From the NCBI GenBank assembly GCA_039815185.1, contig JBCBZT010000011.1:32001-96000 (forward strand): a DNA stretch of 64,000 nucleotides, written 5' to 3'. This document shows, in pieces, positions 1-9,682 of this stretch (the stretch's first letter is position 1; every line of letters begins with the position of its first letter). The notes below the pieces were generated by a model, which ran no database searches, was not told the DNA's origin, and saw nothing but the letters and a program-made list of their open reading frames with translations. The stretch is from Cyanobacteria bacterium P01_A01_bin.123. GTDB lineage: Bacteria; Cyanobacteriota; Cyanobacteriia; Phormidesmidales; Phormidesmidaceae. Position numbers and translations under genes: made by a program.

Positions 1-47
1 CAGGGTAATTAGGCTAGAGTCTAGAGTTCTCGATACAGGTACACGCT

Positions 48-1043
48 ATGGTTGCAAGTGCATCGCTTCGTCAAGTTCCCGCTGAAAAATCGGTTCAATC
101 GCTTCACTCTTTCTCAAAAACCTGGGCCCAACGATATGTGAGGCAGGTCAACGATCGACGCATCCTTGAATCTGCCCTGTATCAAGCTCCTCTATCCCGT
201 GAGAGGCTGGCCGAGCAAATGATTCAGTCGCTTAGACCGATTAGCGCTAGGGCTTGGTCGAAGACAGAAGCCTTGCTTGCTAAAGAGATCGTGAATCATC
301 AACTGAGTCAGGATTTGATTGATCCCTGGGCGATCGCGGAAGATGTGTATCACGTTTATGTTCAAGCTTTGACTAGCTATGCTAAAGCATTGCCCTCTGA
401 ACGCTTTGCCATTGAAATCGCCCAGCAGCTAGGCCGCATCCGACAAAAATATACGGCTGTTGATCCGCGCGTAATTGCTTTTGTCAGTATGCAGTTTCAC
501 TACACCGGGCAGCTGCTCTTGGAGACCCTATCTTCCCCCCATCGGGCCCGGCTGCAACTGTTTTTTAAGGCGATTGATGATCATTTGTACATGCCTTTAC
601 ACCGTGCCTATGATGCGGCAGCTAACTACGATTACCGCGATATGGAGCTGCAAAGCGTTCGTTGTCTCCTCCCTGAAAGTAGCCGCATTGCCAAACAGAT
701 CGTCAATCAGGTGCATCAGGCTTTTCACAACCATCGTTGCTATAGTGGCCCCCTCAATGATTTAACCGTGCAAGCCGCGAGCATTCGTGATGTAGAGATG
801 TTTCAGGCCTACTTATGGGTTTGCATTTTAGAGCGAAATATTCACTCAGTGCAGCAAGAATTGTTTCCGCTATGCGTGATGCTCTATCCCACGCTTAATG
901 TGTCCTGGTCAATGGTGCGACAAATGTTAACTCACCTTGATAGCAGTATCCATCGCTTGCTAACGCCTGAGCAATGGCAGGTTTGTGTACCTTACTTGGG
1001 AGCGATGCATCAAATCTTTTCCCGCGAGGTTTTTGATTCATAG
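48..1043 (+). CDS. hypothetical protein (helical, possibly globin/phycobiliprotein-like fold)
   Basis: 331-aa ORF; RDVEMFQAYLW segment faintly resembles the phycobiliprotein RDxxxxLRY helix; no firm family. Confidence 0.6.
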   Translation: MVASASLRQVPAEKSVQSLHSFSKTWAQRYVRQVNDRRILESALYQAPLSRERLAEQMIQSLRPISARAWSKTEALLAKEIVNHQLSQDLIDPWAIAEDVYHVYVQALTSYAKALPSERFAIEIAQQLGRIRQKYTAVDPRVIAFVSMQFHYTGQLLLETLSSPHRARLQLFFKAIDDHLYMPLHRAYDAAANYDYRDMELQSVRCLLPESSRIAKQIVNQVHQAFHNHRCYSGPLNDLTVQAASIRDVEMFQAYLWVCILERNIHSVQQELFPLCVMLYPTLNVSWSMVRQMLTHLDSSIHRLLTPEQWQVCVPYLGAMHQIFSREVFDS

Positions 1044-1143
1044 GGAATCTCGCTATTTGGGGTGAAGGGTTTGGCTTACGAATACTCAAGAAAACGCTAG
1101 CCTAGATCGAGTCATCGTGATTCCGTTTTTTTGAGAGCATCTT

Positions 1144-1992
1144 GTGACTCAGCCCGAAGTTTTACGCAACCTGCTGGATGCCGTGGCCCAAGGACAGGTC
1201 AGTCCTGAATCGGCCTACACCAAGCTCCAGCACCTCGACTATGAAGCTATTGAAGACTTTGCCAAAATCGATCACCACCGTGCCCTACGAACTGGCTTTC
1301 CAGAAGTGATTTGGGGGCCAGGAAAAACCGCATCGCAAATCGTGGCGATTATGCGCGCCATGCGCGATCGCAACTCAGTGGTAATGGCAACTCGTATTGA
1401 GCCGGAAGTGTATGAAACGCTGCGATCGCAGTTGCCAGACTTGATTTACTACGCAGCAGCCCGCATTTGCGCCTTGGGTGCGCTCAACTCAGCCCCAACG
1501 CAACCGGGAATCATGAGCATAATTACCGCCGGGACGGCTGATTTACCTGTAGCTGAAGAAGCGGCGATTACGGCTGAACTCTCAGGCTTTCAGGTGCGGC
1601 GATTGTGGGACGTGGGGGTTGCCGGCATCCATCGCCTGCTCAGCAATCGCCACGTGATTGATCAAGCCGATGTGTTGGTTGTTGTAGCAGGTATGGAGGG
1701 GGCACTCCCCAGCGTGGTCGCGGGGATGGCCAATTGTCCTGTAATTGCGGTTCCCACCAGTGTCGGCTATGGGGCCAATTTCGGTGGACTCGCCCCATTG
1801 TTAACCATGCTCAATTCTTGCGCAGCGGGTATTGGTGTGGTGAACATTGACAACGGCTTTGGAGCAGCCGTGCTAGCAGGACAAATTTTACGTACTGCGG
1901 CCCGGCTTGGCTCAAGCGAAAGAACCAAAGGAAGCCAAGAGGAGGGTATATATTTACGGGAGCTAGGCACCAGAATTCGGGCATCAGAATAG
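1144..1992 (+). CDS. larB: LarB/CpmA family (AIR-carboxylase-like) protein
   Basis: AKIDHHRALRTGFPEVIWGPGK, TAGTADLPVAEEA, VAGMEGALPSVV, PTSVGYG, VVNIDNGFGAA motifs. Confidence 0.9.
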   Translation: MTQPEVLRNLLDAVAQGQVSPESAYTKLQHLDYEAIEDFAKIDHHRALRTGFPEVIWGPGKTASQIVAIMRAMRDRNSVVMATRIEPEVYETLRSQLPDLIYYAAARICALGALNSAPTQPGIMSIITAGTADLPVAEEAAITAELSGFQVRRLWDVGVAGIHRLLSNRHVIDQADVLVVVAGMEGALPSVVAGMANCPVIAVPTSVGYGANFGGLAPLLTMLNSCAAGIGVVNIDNGFGAAVLAGQILRTAARLGSSERTKGSQEEGIYLRELGTRIRASE

Positions 1993-2075
1993 TTTTCTTC
2001 TGCCAACTCGATAACCCTCTACCCACTGAATACTCAGGGGATAAACGGCAATACTCCCAATGCTGACTGCTCTGG

Positions 2076-2465
2076 CTACAAAGTTTCCAGATACTGCAGC
2101 AGATCAGCCATTACCTCGGCTTCAGGTTGAAACTGAGGCATGGGTGGGGTTTTACCGCCAATCACCTGTTCGATCAACCCAACTTCTGACTTACGTTCAG
2201 AAATGCCTTGTAAGCTAGGGCCGACCTCACCAGAAGCTTCTAACCCATGACAGGTGGCACAGTTCATCTGAAATATCAATCGTCCATGGGCAGCATCGCC
2301 GTTGAGAGATAACACTTCTAGTATGTAAGGATCAGACACCTTGAAGTGCTGGATCCCAATGACGACGAGCACGATCAACACAACAGCCGCAACCAGCGCG
2401 GCTACCAATCTCTGAGGGCCACGAGCTGCCGGATTAACTTTGGTTTCAAAAGTCTCTTGTGTCAA
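2076..2465 (-). CDS. cytM: cytochrome cM
   Basis: N-terminal TM helix, CATCH heme motif, PPMP axial Met; divergent from petG. Confidence 0.85.
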   Translation of the reverse strand: MTQETFETKVNPAARGPQRLVAALVAAVVLIVLVVIGIQHFKVSDPYILEVLSLNGDAAHGRLIFQMNCATCHGLEASGEVGPSLQGISERKSEVGLIEQVIGGKTPPMPQFQPEAEVMADLLQYLETL

Positions 2466-2817
2466 GGGTAACGTGTTGATTCGTTAAAACTATGATGTCT
2501 TATGATTACATAGCTTAAAGTTTTCTCATCAACCCAGGCAAGGGGAACAGTACAAAAAACATCTTGGAAACTCAGTTTTTCCTCAAAATTATTGGGATGA
2601 AGGCGCTTTAGAGGGGCACAGTCGCAGTTCAAGTCCTTGGAAAGGCGTTGCAGTTTTTAACAATGGGTGGCAATTCCTATTACTATAAGTGAAGGTGATT
2701 ACATCAGACGCTCTGTCACATTGCTGCTTGGGTAAAGCGATTCAGCAACACTCAGCATATTCAGCAATGTGGTTCAAGCTATATTTAACGTGCCGTTATC
2801 GATGAAGGAGAATTGAC

Positions 2818-2931
2818 GTGGTTGAGCCTCTGCTGAGTGGAATTGTGTTGGGTTTGATTCCTGTAACGTTGGCAGGCCTATTTTTTGCGGCCTATATGCA
2901 ATACCGCCGGGGCAATCAGTTTGATCTGTAG
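2818..2931 (+). CDS. petG: cytochrome b6f subunit V (PetG), 37 aa; missing from the ORF track
   Basis: Manual translation from GTG after [46 protein letters not shown]. Confidence 0.97.
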   Translation: MVEPLLSGIVLGLIPVTLAGLFFAAYMQYRRGNQFDL

Positions 2932-3003
2932 CTTCAGTTCCGGTTATGGCTCAGAGTTGGGGGTTGATTCATCCCGATGGCGCTTCATCCCTATCACTCG
3001 TTG

Positions 3004-3027
3004 AAAGCCCGCGATCGCGGGCTTTTT
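3004..3027 (+). terminator. hairpin terminator downstream of petG, centred on a HIP1 site
   Basis: AAAGCCCGCGATCGCGGGCTTTTT: palindrome followed by T-tract. Confidence 0.6.
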
Positions 3028-3033
3028 GCATAT

Positions 3034-3138
3034 TATGGCGCTGGCCAGATGGCTTAATGCACCGAGTATCACTGGGATGCTGAGTCCACAAGCAATCTGG
3101 CTCGCCGTAGCGCACAAAGCTTTGTGGCTACCGTTAAT
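3034..3138. mobile_element. 105-bp MITE/REP-like dispersed repeat, copy A (diverged ends)
   Basis: Alignable to the copies at 11918, 29655, 32507 and 38840; core CACAAAGCTTTGTG palindrome. Confidence 0.85.
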
Positions 3139-3154
3139 AGCTCCGTTCAAGCCC

Positions 3155-5587
3155 CTATAGCTGAGCCAGTAATCCAGGTAGCAGGGCTGAAGGGACTTGG
3201 GCTAGCGCTTCTTGCTGCCCCGCCAACCCGAGCAATTGATAGTGGGCCCGAATGGTTTGAGCTAAAGTTGTCAGGGCTGGATCAGAAACGGACAACACTG
3301 TGTGGCTAGCGACTGCGATCGCGGCTAAAGCATGGGTCAGCGCTCTAGCGAGGTGTAACGATTGCGTTTGACCAGCTAACTCCTGGTTTTCTGCCAACTG
3401 CCGATAGAGTACCGCCAGGCTATGGTGGGTCGTTTTGGGATCAAAGCTCAGTAGCGAAGTCCCACCCTGCTGAGTTTGTAACCGCTGCACCGCCTTCAGT
3501 GCCGATTGGTAAGCTGCGATCGCCCGTCGCCATAGTTTCCGTTGTCGATGGGCAGACTCACTTTGTAGTTTGGCCAATTCCCAATAGGCCGTACCCAGAT
3601 TGTTTTGAGTGGAGGCACAACCGATTGGGTCAACGGCTAAGGTGCGATAGGCCAGGGCGCTGTGGTAGGCCGCGATCGCTTGTTTGAGCATCAACCCAGG
3701 CTGCTGGAACTGGGACAGACTCCAGTAGGCAATCCCCAGGTTGTTTTGGATCATGGCATAACAGCCCGGATCTTGATGGGGTTGGCAATGGTGGCGAGCT
3801 TCGAGATAGGCCGTAATGGCGTGGTCGAGGTAAGGTCGGGCCGTACCATACTGTGCAAGCCGCCAGTAAATAGCTCCCAAACTGTTTTGCAGCGAGGCAT
3901 ATTCTAACGGCGCAGCCTCCGCCTGCAGATGCTGGAGTGCTTTATGATAAGCCGCGATCGCTTGCTTAAGATAATGCTCTGGCTGGTCGTGGTTAGCCAA
4001 AACGCTGCAGACCGCTGCCAAGTTACTGTGGAGACGACTGAGAGCATCCGGATCTGCTGCTGCATACTGAGTGCCCTTTTGATAAGTTACCAGCGCCTTT
4101 TGGAGCAGTGATAGGGCTTCAGTAGGCACCTCAATTTGTTGAGCTTGCAGCCAATAGAGACTGCCTAAATCATTCAGTAAATCGCTTTGCCCTGGGGCGG
4201 TGATAGGTAATTCCTGATGAGCGCCTTCATAAGCGGCAATCGCAGCGTTAATCAAGTGTGCGTGGCTTTCTCCTGCGGTCAAGCGATCGCGATAATGTTG
4301 CCCCAACGCCCAATAAGTGTTGGCTAACACGACTGTATCAGTACCCTGTTGGGTGAGTTGTTCAATCCGTTGAAACAGCGTTATTTCTAGAGGCATTTGC
4401 TGGGGAGCAGCCCGACGCAAGGCTACCAAACTATCCGAGTCAGGCCTCCTCTCCGTGAGGGGAGCCTCGATCAAGGAAGGGAGCGGTGGAGAAGGGGGAG
4501 TTGCAGGTTGGCGATTTAAAGACGCGATCGCTAAAGCTGGCGGCACAACTCCTGTTTCCTTCCCAGCTTCTTCATGAAGGGTTGCCTGGGGCTGAATGGG
4601 GTGCGGTTCATCCCGATCGGGAGCCGACTTAGCAGACTGGGCGGGATAAATGATTGGATTGGGCCGTTCACCACCAGTCCCCGTCTCTGTAAGGGCTGAC
4701 TTTGAGGCCAGATCGCCCCAGAGTTGCGACCGATGAGCCTGCAAGGGTTGCTGCTGAGTGCGCTTGATCCGGCGGGATGGCGCCAAATCCTTTTGGCGAA
4801 TCGACAAGGGGCGGGGGCGTAATCCAAGATTCTCCTCATCCTGCGGATGCTCACGGCGATCCGCTGTCTGGATTTGGGGAGATTGGGGGGCTGGCTGCAT
4901 AAAGGTCAGAGCCGGGGGCGGAGTTCCTGTCGAGAGCCATTGGCCATCGGGCAACGGCTCTGTTTCCATCGGCGTCGGTTCGCCCGCGAATTCGAACACG
5001 CCTGTTCGACAGTGCCAAAACTCGGGAGCAGCCTGCTGAATCGAACGAAACCAGGGCCACGGTAACCAAATCAATAGGCTACAGTCTAATTGATTAACCA
5101 GCGTTTCAATCGATTGCAACGAATTTAAAAATTGCCGCTGTTGCGCCCCAGACTGACGAGTCAGATGTTCGACCCCTACAATTTGCAAACACCACTCCTG
5201 AGCGGTTGGGTTGGGGATAGTCTGGCGCGATCGCTGTAAAGTGCTCCACACCTGCCGTCTTAGACCTGGCCCATGGACATCTAACCCCAGTGTGACGACC
5301 TGTGGCGCTCCGGGTTGAACGGGAAACGTACTCCCTCGGCTATCCAAACTATCCGTTAGCGATTTTGCCGAATCGTCCCCCCTCATCGCCCCCTTTTTTC
5401 GGGAGCAATTATCTTGGGAGAAATCATCGGCGAGTTGCGCGATCAAACGGTTCCGCAAATTCAGATCATCACAGACCGCAATCAAGATTTGGTGCCTTAA
5501 CTTTAGGGTCAACGCGAGTTTTAACCGCTCATAGGTGCGGTGATTTAACCCTAAAACGCGGCGAGATGGCAGCTCAGACACAACCAT
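3155..5587 (-). CDS. tetratricopeptide repeat protein with Pro-rich linker
   Basis: Repeated QNNLGxAYWxL...AIAAY TPR units in the C-terminal half. Confidence 0.85.
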   Translation of the reverse strand: MVVSELPSRRVLGLNHRTYERLKLALTLKLRHQILIAVCDDLNLRNRLIAQLADDFSQDNCSRKKGAMRGDDSAKSLTDSLDSRGSTFPVQPGAPQVVTLGLDVHGPGLRRQVWSTLQRSRQTIPNPTAQEWCLQIVGVEHLTRQSGAQQRQFLNSLQSIETLVNQLDCSLLIWLPWPWFRSIQQAAPEFWHCRTGVFEFAGEPTPMETEPLPDGQWLSTGTPPPALTFMQPAPQSPQIQTADRREHPQDEENLGLRPRPLSIRQKDLAPSRRIKRTQQQPLQAHRSQLWGDLASKSALTETGTGGERPNPIIYPAQSAKSAPDRDEPHPIQPQATLHEEAGKETGVVPPALAIASLNRQPATPPSPPLPSLIEAPLTERRPDSDSLVALRRAAPQQMPLEITLFQRIEQLTQQGTDTVVLANTYWALGQHYRDRLTAGESHAHLINAAIAAYEGAHQELPITAPGQSDLLNDLGSLYWLQAQQIEVPTEALSLLQKALVTYQKGTQYAAADPDALSRLHSNLAAVCSVLANHDQPEHYLKQAIAAYHKALQHLQAEAAPLEYASLQNSLGAIYWRLAQYGTARPYLDHAITAYLEARHHCQPHQDPGCYAMIQNNLGIAYWSLSQFQQPGLMLKQAIAAYHSALAYRTLAVDPIGCASTQNNLGTAYWELAKLQSESAHRQRKLWRRAIAAYQSALKAVQRLQTQQGGTSLLSFDPKTTHHSLAVLYRQLAENQELAGQTQSLHLARALTHALAAIAVASHTVLSVSDPALTTLAQTIRAHYQLLGLAGQQEALAQVPSALLPGLLAQL

Positions 5588-6070
5588 GTGTAATGACGGA
5601 AAGCAGGAAAACGCAAGTGATGCATCAATCTTCCTAGAATCCCAGGGTCAGTCAGGAATAACCTCGCGGCTGAATTGTGTCTGCAGATCCTAGATGTGCT
5701 TCAGTCAATTTGGCTCCACTGAATAATCCATCGAGTACCGCTGAACCGTTTTACCCGCGCAGCGACGGGCACGCACAACCCGACCGGACGAAAACTCAAG
5801 AAACAGATTGTGGCGCTTGCCATGGCTGGGCATTGCGATCTGCCTCTTTTAATATGAATATAAACAAATCGTTACAAAAACGTGGTTTACTTTGGTTCTG
5901 GCTCCAGTAGGATGGCCTTCTAATACCCATCACACGCTCAGGCGTTGCAAAATCGAGTTGTATATGATGATTAAACCTGTGTGAGCTTATAGCTAGCTTG
6001 CCTGAGGTTAACTGGTAGCATAAAAGACATTTGTGGCGAAATTTTCTCAAAGAGAGTCAGGAGGCAATCC

Positions 6071-6697
6071 GTGCAGCAATGTGGATTTGGGACAGTATTG
6101 GCAGATAAACCACAACCTAAGGCCGCCACGGGCAGTCTGATTATCTTTACTGGCCCCAGTGGTGTCGGCAAAGGGACCTTGCTTAAAGCACTCGTGAAGC
6201 GTCATCCTCATCTTTATGTTTCGATATCAGCGACAACTCGCAGCCCTCGTCCAGGGGAAGTACATGGTCAGCACTATTACTTTGTCAGCCGTGAGCACTT
6301 CCAGCACATGATGATGACCGGAGAGCTATTGGAATGGGCCGAGTTTGCAGGTAATTTTTACGGCACGCCTAAACAGGCCGTCATCGATCAAGTTCACGCA
6401 GGCCAGTCTGTAGTCTTAGAGATTGAACTAGAGGGAGCACGCCAGATACATCGCGCGTTTCCGAATGCTTGCCGGATTTTTATCTTGCCGCCGTCTATTG
6501 ACGAGTTAGAACATCGGATTCGCCTACGGGGACAAGACGATGACAGTGCGATCGCTCAGCGTCTAGAGCATGCTCGGAGAGAGATTGAAGCCGCCGCTGA
6601 ATTCGACGTCCAAATTGTCAATGATGATTTGGAACAAGCCCTACAACAGCTTGAACAAGTCTTGTTTTCGGAAGTGTCTATCTCACCTGCCAATTGA
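6071..6697 (+). CDS. gmk: guanylate kinase
   Basis: GPSGVGKGT P-loop, SATTRSPRPGEVHG, YGTP; start codon uncertain. Confidence 0.95.
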   Translation: MQQCGFGTVLADKPQPKAATGSLIIFTGPSGVGKGTLLKALVKRHPHLYVSISATTRSPRPGEVHGQHYYFVSREHFQHMMMTGELLEWAEFAGNFYGTPKQAVIDQVHAGQSVVLEIELEGARQIHRAFPNACRIFILPPSIDELEHRIRLRGQDDDSAIAQRLEHARREIEAAAEFDVQIVNDDLEQALQQLEQVLFSEVSISPAN

Positions 6698-6788
6698 GTT
6701 GCAGGCTAACGGTTAATCGTCCCTCCAGGCCTGACAGTCAAGAAGCTTGCAGTCCTTAAGGGGCTGAAACTTTCGCAGCGAAGTTGTT

Positions 6789-6828
6789 TATGGCAACCCC
6801 CACAAAGCTTTGTGCCGTAACGGCCTAT
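6789..6828. repeat. partial, degenerate copy of the 105-bp element
   Basis: CACAAAGCTTTGTG core at 6801-6814, between convergent gmk and ftsI. Confidence 0.55.
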
Positions 6829-6856
6829 CAGCTCCCGATTAGTCAACTATCCATCA

Positions 6857-8680
6857 CTAACTGGGCGTGGGCGGAATGCCTTCTATGCTGACAAGCGACT
6901 CAATCATCGTTTTGACAATCGGTGCAGCAACCGTTGATCCGTAGGCGTCGTCACCCTTGGGGCTATCAACAACAGCCAAGATCACGTAGCGGGGGGTTTC
7001 AACTGGCAAGATACCCACAAAGCTAGTGATTCGTTCTCGCGTGTAGTAGCCATTGAGCGCTTTTTGAGCAGTTCCAGTTTTGCCACCAATGCGGTAGCCC
7101 GACACTTGAGCTGGTTCACCCGTCCCGTCTTGGACGACGGCTTCCATCATCTTCAGCACTTCAGTGGTGGTCTGGGGCGAAAAGACCTGTACGGCGTCTG
7201 ACATTTCTGGCTGCCACTGAGCCTCCCCTTGCGAATCAATTAATCCTTTGACCACGTGGGGCGTGACCAAACGCCCGCCGTTCGCCAGGCTGGCCTGCAA
7301 TTGGAGCATCTGCAGCGGTGTCATCGCAAACCCTTGGCCAAAAGCAGTAGTGGCAGGTTCAATCCGACTGCGCATAAATTGCGCCTGGTTCTTGAGTTGA
7401 GCCGTGGCTTCTGCAGGTAGATCAATCCCGGTGGGTTGACCTAAGCCTAGCTTGACTAACCAATTAAAGTAGCGTTCGGGTTCTAATTGAGCCATCAGGT
7501 GCACCATACCCACATTGCTAGAATGCTGGAGTACCTGGGCTAGCGTTAAGGTGCCGCGCCCCCCGGCTGAGGCATAATCAGCATTTTTGATTTCCCACTT
7601 ACCAATTTTTATGTGGCCCTGATCGTAAACAGTGGCATCAGCAGCAACTCCTTCTTCTAGAGCGATCGCGACGTTAATCGGCTTAAAGGTAGATCCGGGT
7701 TCATAGAGATCGCTGACGGCCCAGTTTTTAATCCATTCCAAATCAGCATCAAAATACGTGTTGGGGTCAAAGGAGGGTTCAGTCACCATCGACAAAAGCG
7801 ATCCATCTTTTGCATCCATCACCAGCACGGTGCCTCGTTCTGCCCCATACTTCTGGATCTGTTGGCGCAAGCTGATTTGAGCGACCCGTTGTAACCGGCT
7901 ATCTAGGGTGAGTTGCAGCTGGAGATCATCACTAGATAGAGCCTGATCTGTTGGATCCAGGACAAATCGCTGGGATGAATTGGCCTCAGCCCTTTGCCCT
8001 AACGGGGTCAATAGCTCCTCTCGATTGGTGTATTCCAACCCGGCTTGGGCATTACCTTCTAGGTCGACGTAGCCAACAACCTCGGAGAATAAATCTTGTT
8101 GCGGGTAGAACCGCCTCAGATAAGGAATTAGCTCTAGGCCATCCTGTCTCAAATTATGGATTTTGCGGGCGACCTCTTCGGATAGATCTTTGGCAACGGT
8201 GATCCCAGTTTGTTGTTGGCCAAAGGTTTCTACTAATGAAGCCGGGGGTTGATTGAGCATTGGCCCCAGAACATCAGCAATGACTTGCCCCGATTGCTTA
8301 AATAAGAGGGGGTGTGCATAGAGGGTAAACCTGGCCTGATCGATGGCCAGTACGTTCCCCTGGCGATCCACAATTGGGCGGCGTTCCGCAGGTGGATTGA
8401 GGCCATAGAACTGTTGCTGCTGGTGAGCCATGCCTGCTAGGGCTGGCCCTTGTAACAGTTGCAGTTGGGCAAGCCGACCGAGCAGCCCAACCATCGCCAA
8501 CATCAGCACAAGCCAAACAAATAAAGCTCGGAGTTTTAGTGCAGGTGGGCGATAGCGACGGGCCCGTCTAGAAGATTTGGCGGAACGGCGACGGCGATGG
8601 CCTGCTGGGGCCGATCTTTGTCTTTGACCATCGCGACGGGTTAGGAGAGCAGGGGAAGCCATGAACAGCAGGTCAGCCAA
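6857..8680 (-). CDS. ftsI: class B penicillin-binding protein (FtsI/PBP3)
   Basis: EPGSTFK (SxxK), SSN, KTGTAQK motifs; N-terminal TM. Confidence 0.9.
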   Translation of the reverse strand: MADLLFMASPALLTRRDGQRQRSAPAGHRRRRSAKSSRRARRYRPPALKLRALFVWLVLMLAMVGLLGRLAQLQLLQGPALAGMAHQQQQFYGLNPPAERRPIVDRQGNVLAIDQARFTLYAHPLLFKQSGQVIADVLGPMLNQPPASLVETFGQQQTGITVAKDLSEEVARKIHNLRQDGLELIPYLRRFYPQQDLFSEVVGYVDLEGNAQAGLEYTNREELLTPLGQRAEANSSQRFVLDPTDQALSSDDLQLQLTLDSRLQRVAQISLRQQIQKYGAERGTVLVMDAKDGSLLSMVTEPSFDPNTYFDADLEWIKNWAVSDLYEPGSTFKPINVAIALEEGVAADATVYDQGHIKIGKWEIKNADYASAGGRGTLTLAQVLQHSSNVGMVHLMAQLEPERYFNWLVKLGLGQPTGIDLPAEATAQLKNQAQFMRSRIEPATTAFGQGFAMTPLQMLQLQASLANGGRLVTPHVVKGLIDSQGEAQWQPEMSDAVQVFSPQTTTEVLKMMEAVVQDGTGEPAQVSGYRIGGKTGTAQKALNGYYTRERITSFVGILPVETPRYVILAVVDSPKGDDAYGSTVAAPIVKTMIESLVSIEGIPPTPS

Positions 8681-8685
8681 TAAAA

Positions 8686-9285
8686 TCAGTAGCCTAAGGG
8701 TTGAATAAAGGGGCGTTGCCCTAGGGTAGTAGGAATGGTGTTCGCGGAGGGAATCGGGTCTGGCTGCTGGTGGGTTGTTTCAGCAGTTGGAGATGAGGAA
8801 TTCAGAAACAGCATGCCATTTGGTCGTGGGGTATGAAGCCCAGCACCAGGGGCCTTAGCTTGTTCTGCCATATGGTGCTTTAAGACTTCATTAGCGGTGG
8901 TTAACTGTTGGCGATCGCGCTGTAACCCCGATAGTCGCTGCACCCCATGACTCACTTGACCATTGAGCGATACCGTACTGCTATAGAGGGCCAAGACAGA
9001 TACGAGCAAGGTACCTGTGATCACGGTGGTGCCTTGCTGACACCGCAACAATAGCTTTAGCCACAGGGGCCGAGGGGGCGGCCCGGGCAAAGGGACGACA
9101 GGAGTCAGATGGCGAGCTGTGGAAGAGGTTGACCGCAATTGCGGTCTATCTTTTTGAGCCAGAAACGCCACTGTTTGAGGGGGCTGGGGCCGGGGCGCTG
9201 TTCGCCCCTGGGAATAGCGATCTTTCTTGATCTGTGTTGAATGATCGCCAGATCGAACAGAATGGGACTTTAAGGCCGCAACCAT
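8686..9285 (-). CDS. FtsL-like membrane/coiled-coil protein
   Basis: Single TM followed by coiled coil, directly upstream of ftsI; ends PLGY. Confidence 0.6.
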   Translation of the reverse strand: MVAALKSHSVRSGDHSTQIKKDRYSQGRTAPRPQPPQTVAFLAQKDRPQLRSTSSTARHLTPVVPLPGPPPRPLWLKLLLRCQQGTTVITGTLLVSVLALYSSTVSLNGQVSHGVQRLSGLQRDRQQLTTANEVLKHHMAEQAKAPGAGLHTPRPNGMLFLNSSSPTAETTHQQPDPIPSANTIPTTLGQRPFIQPLGY

Positions 9286-9622
9286 GCATCAACTCCTGAA
9301 TAAATAACGGTGACTATCCTTAAAAAGCACCAACCTTAAAACGTCGTCTCCTAGAGACAAGTCGCCATAAAATCAGTGGGTCACCGCGCAACCCTGCCTT
9401 GCTTTACCAATCGGCGCAAGTTAAGGGCAATGCTACCGTGCACAGCGGATAACAGCAATACTTTAACGACCAAAATCAGATATTGACCGAGAGTCGTATT
9501 ACATTTTCCAAAGACGCAACTTAGATCTCATCAAAAAGTCTGTGGTTTCTTAGAGATTGAAATTCTCTACGGTGAGTTATTGACACTAACTTATACCCAA
9601 TTAATCAATCATCTACGCTAAG

Positions 9623-9649
9623 AAAAAAGCCGCCATATGCGGCGGCTTT
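9623..9649 (-). terminator. rho-independent terminator of ilvB
   Basis: AAAAAAGCCGCC-ATATGC-GGCGGCTTT. Confidence 0.7.
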
Positions 9650-9682
9650 AGCAACAATATCTGGACCCTGTAAAGTCTATGG

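Noticed and set aside
2600..2645. GTTCAAGTCC T-loop-like sequence suggesting a tRNA
   Set aside because: No T-stem, acceptor stem or cloverleaf can be formed
2944..3150. Short ORFs sharing SHKALCATASQI or MRYGEPDCLC peptides (also 29652-30110, 32390-32704, 32443-32667, 32530-32730, 38863-39075)
   Set aside because: They are translations of the 105-bp repeat, not a protein family
5677..6171. Small ORFs upstream of gmk (possible RemA/DUF370)
   Set aside because: Translations do not resemble RemA; likely the divergent promoter region
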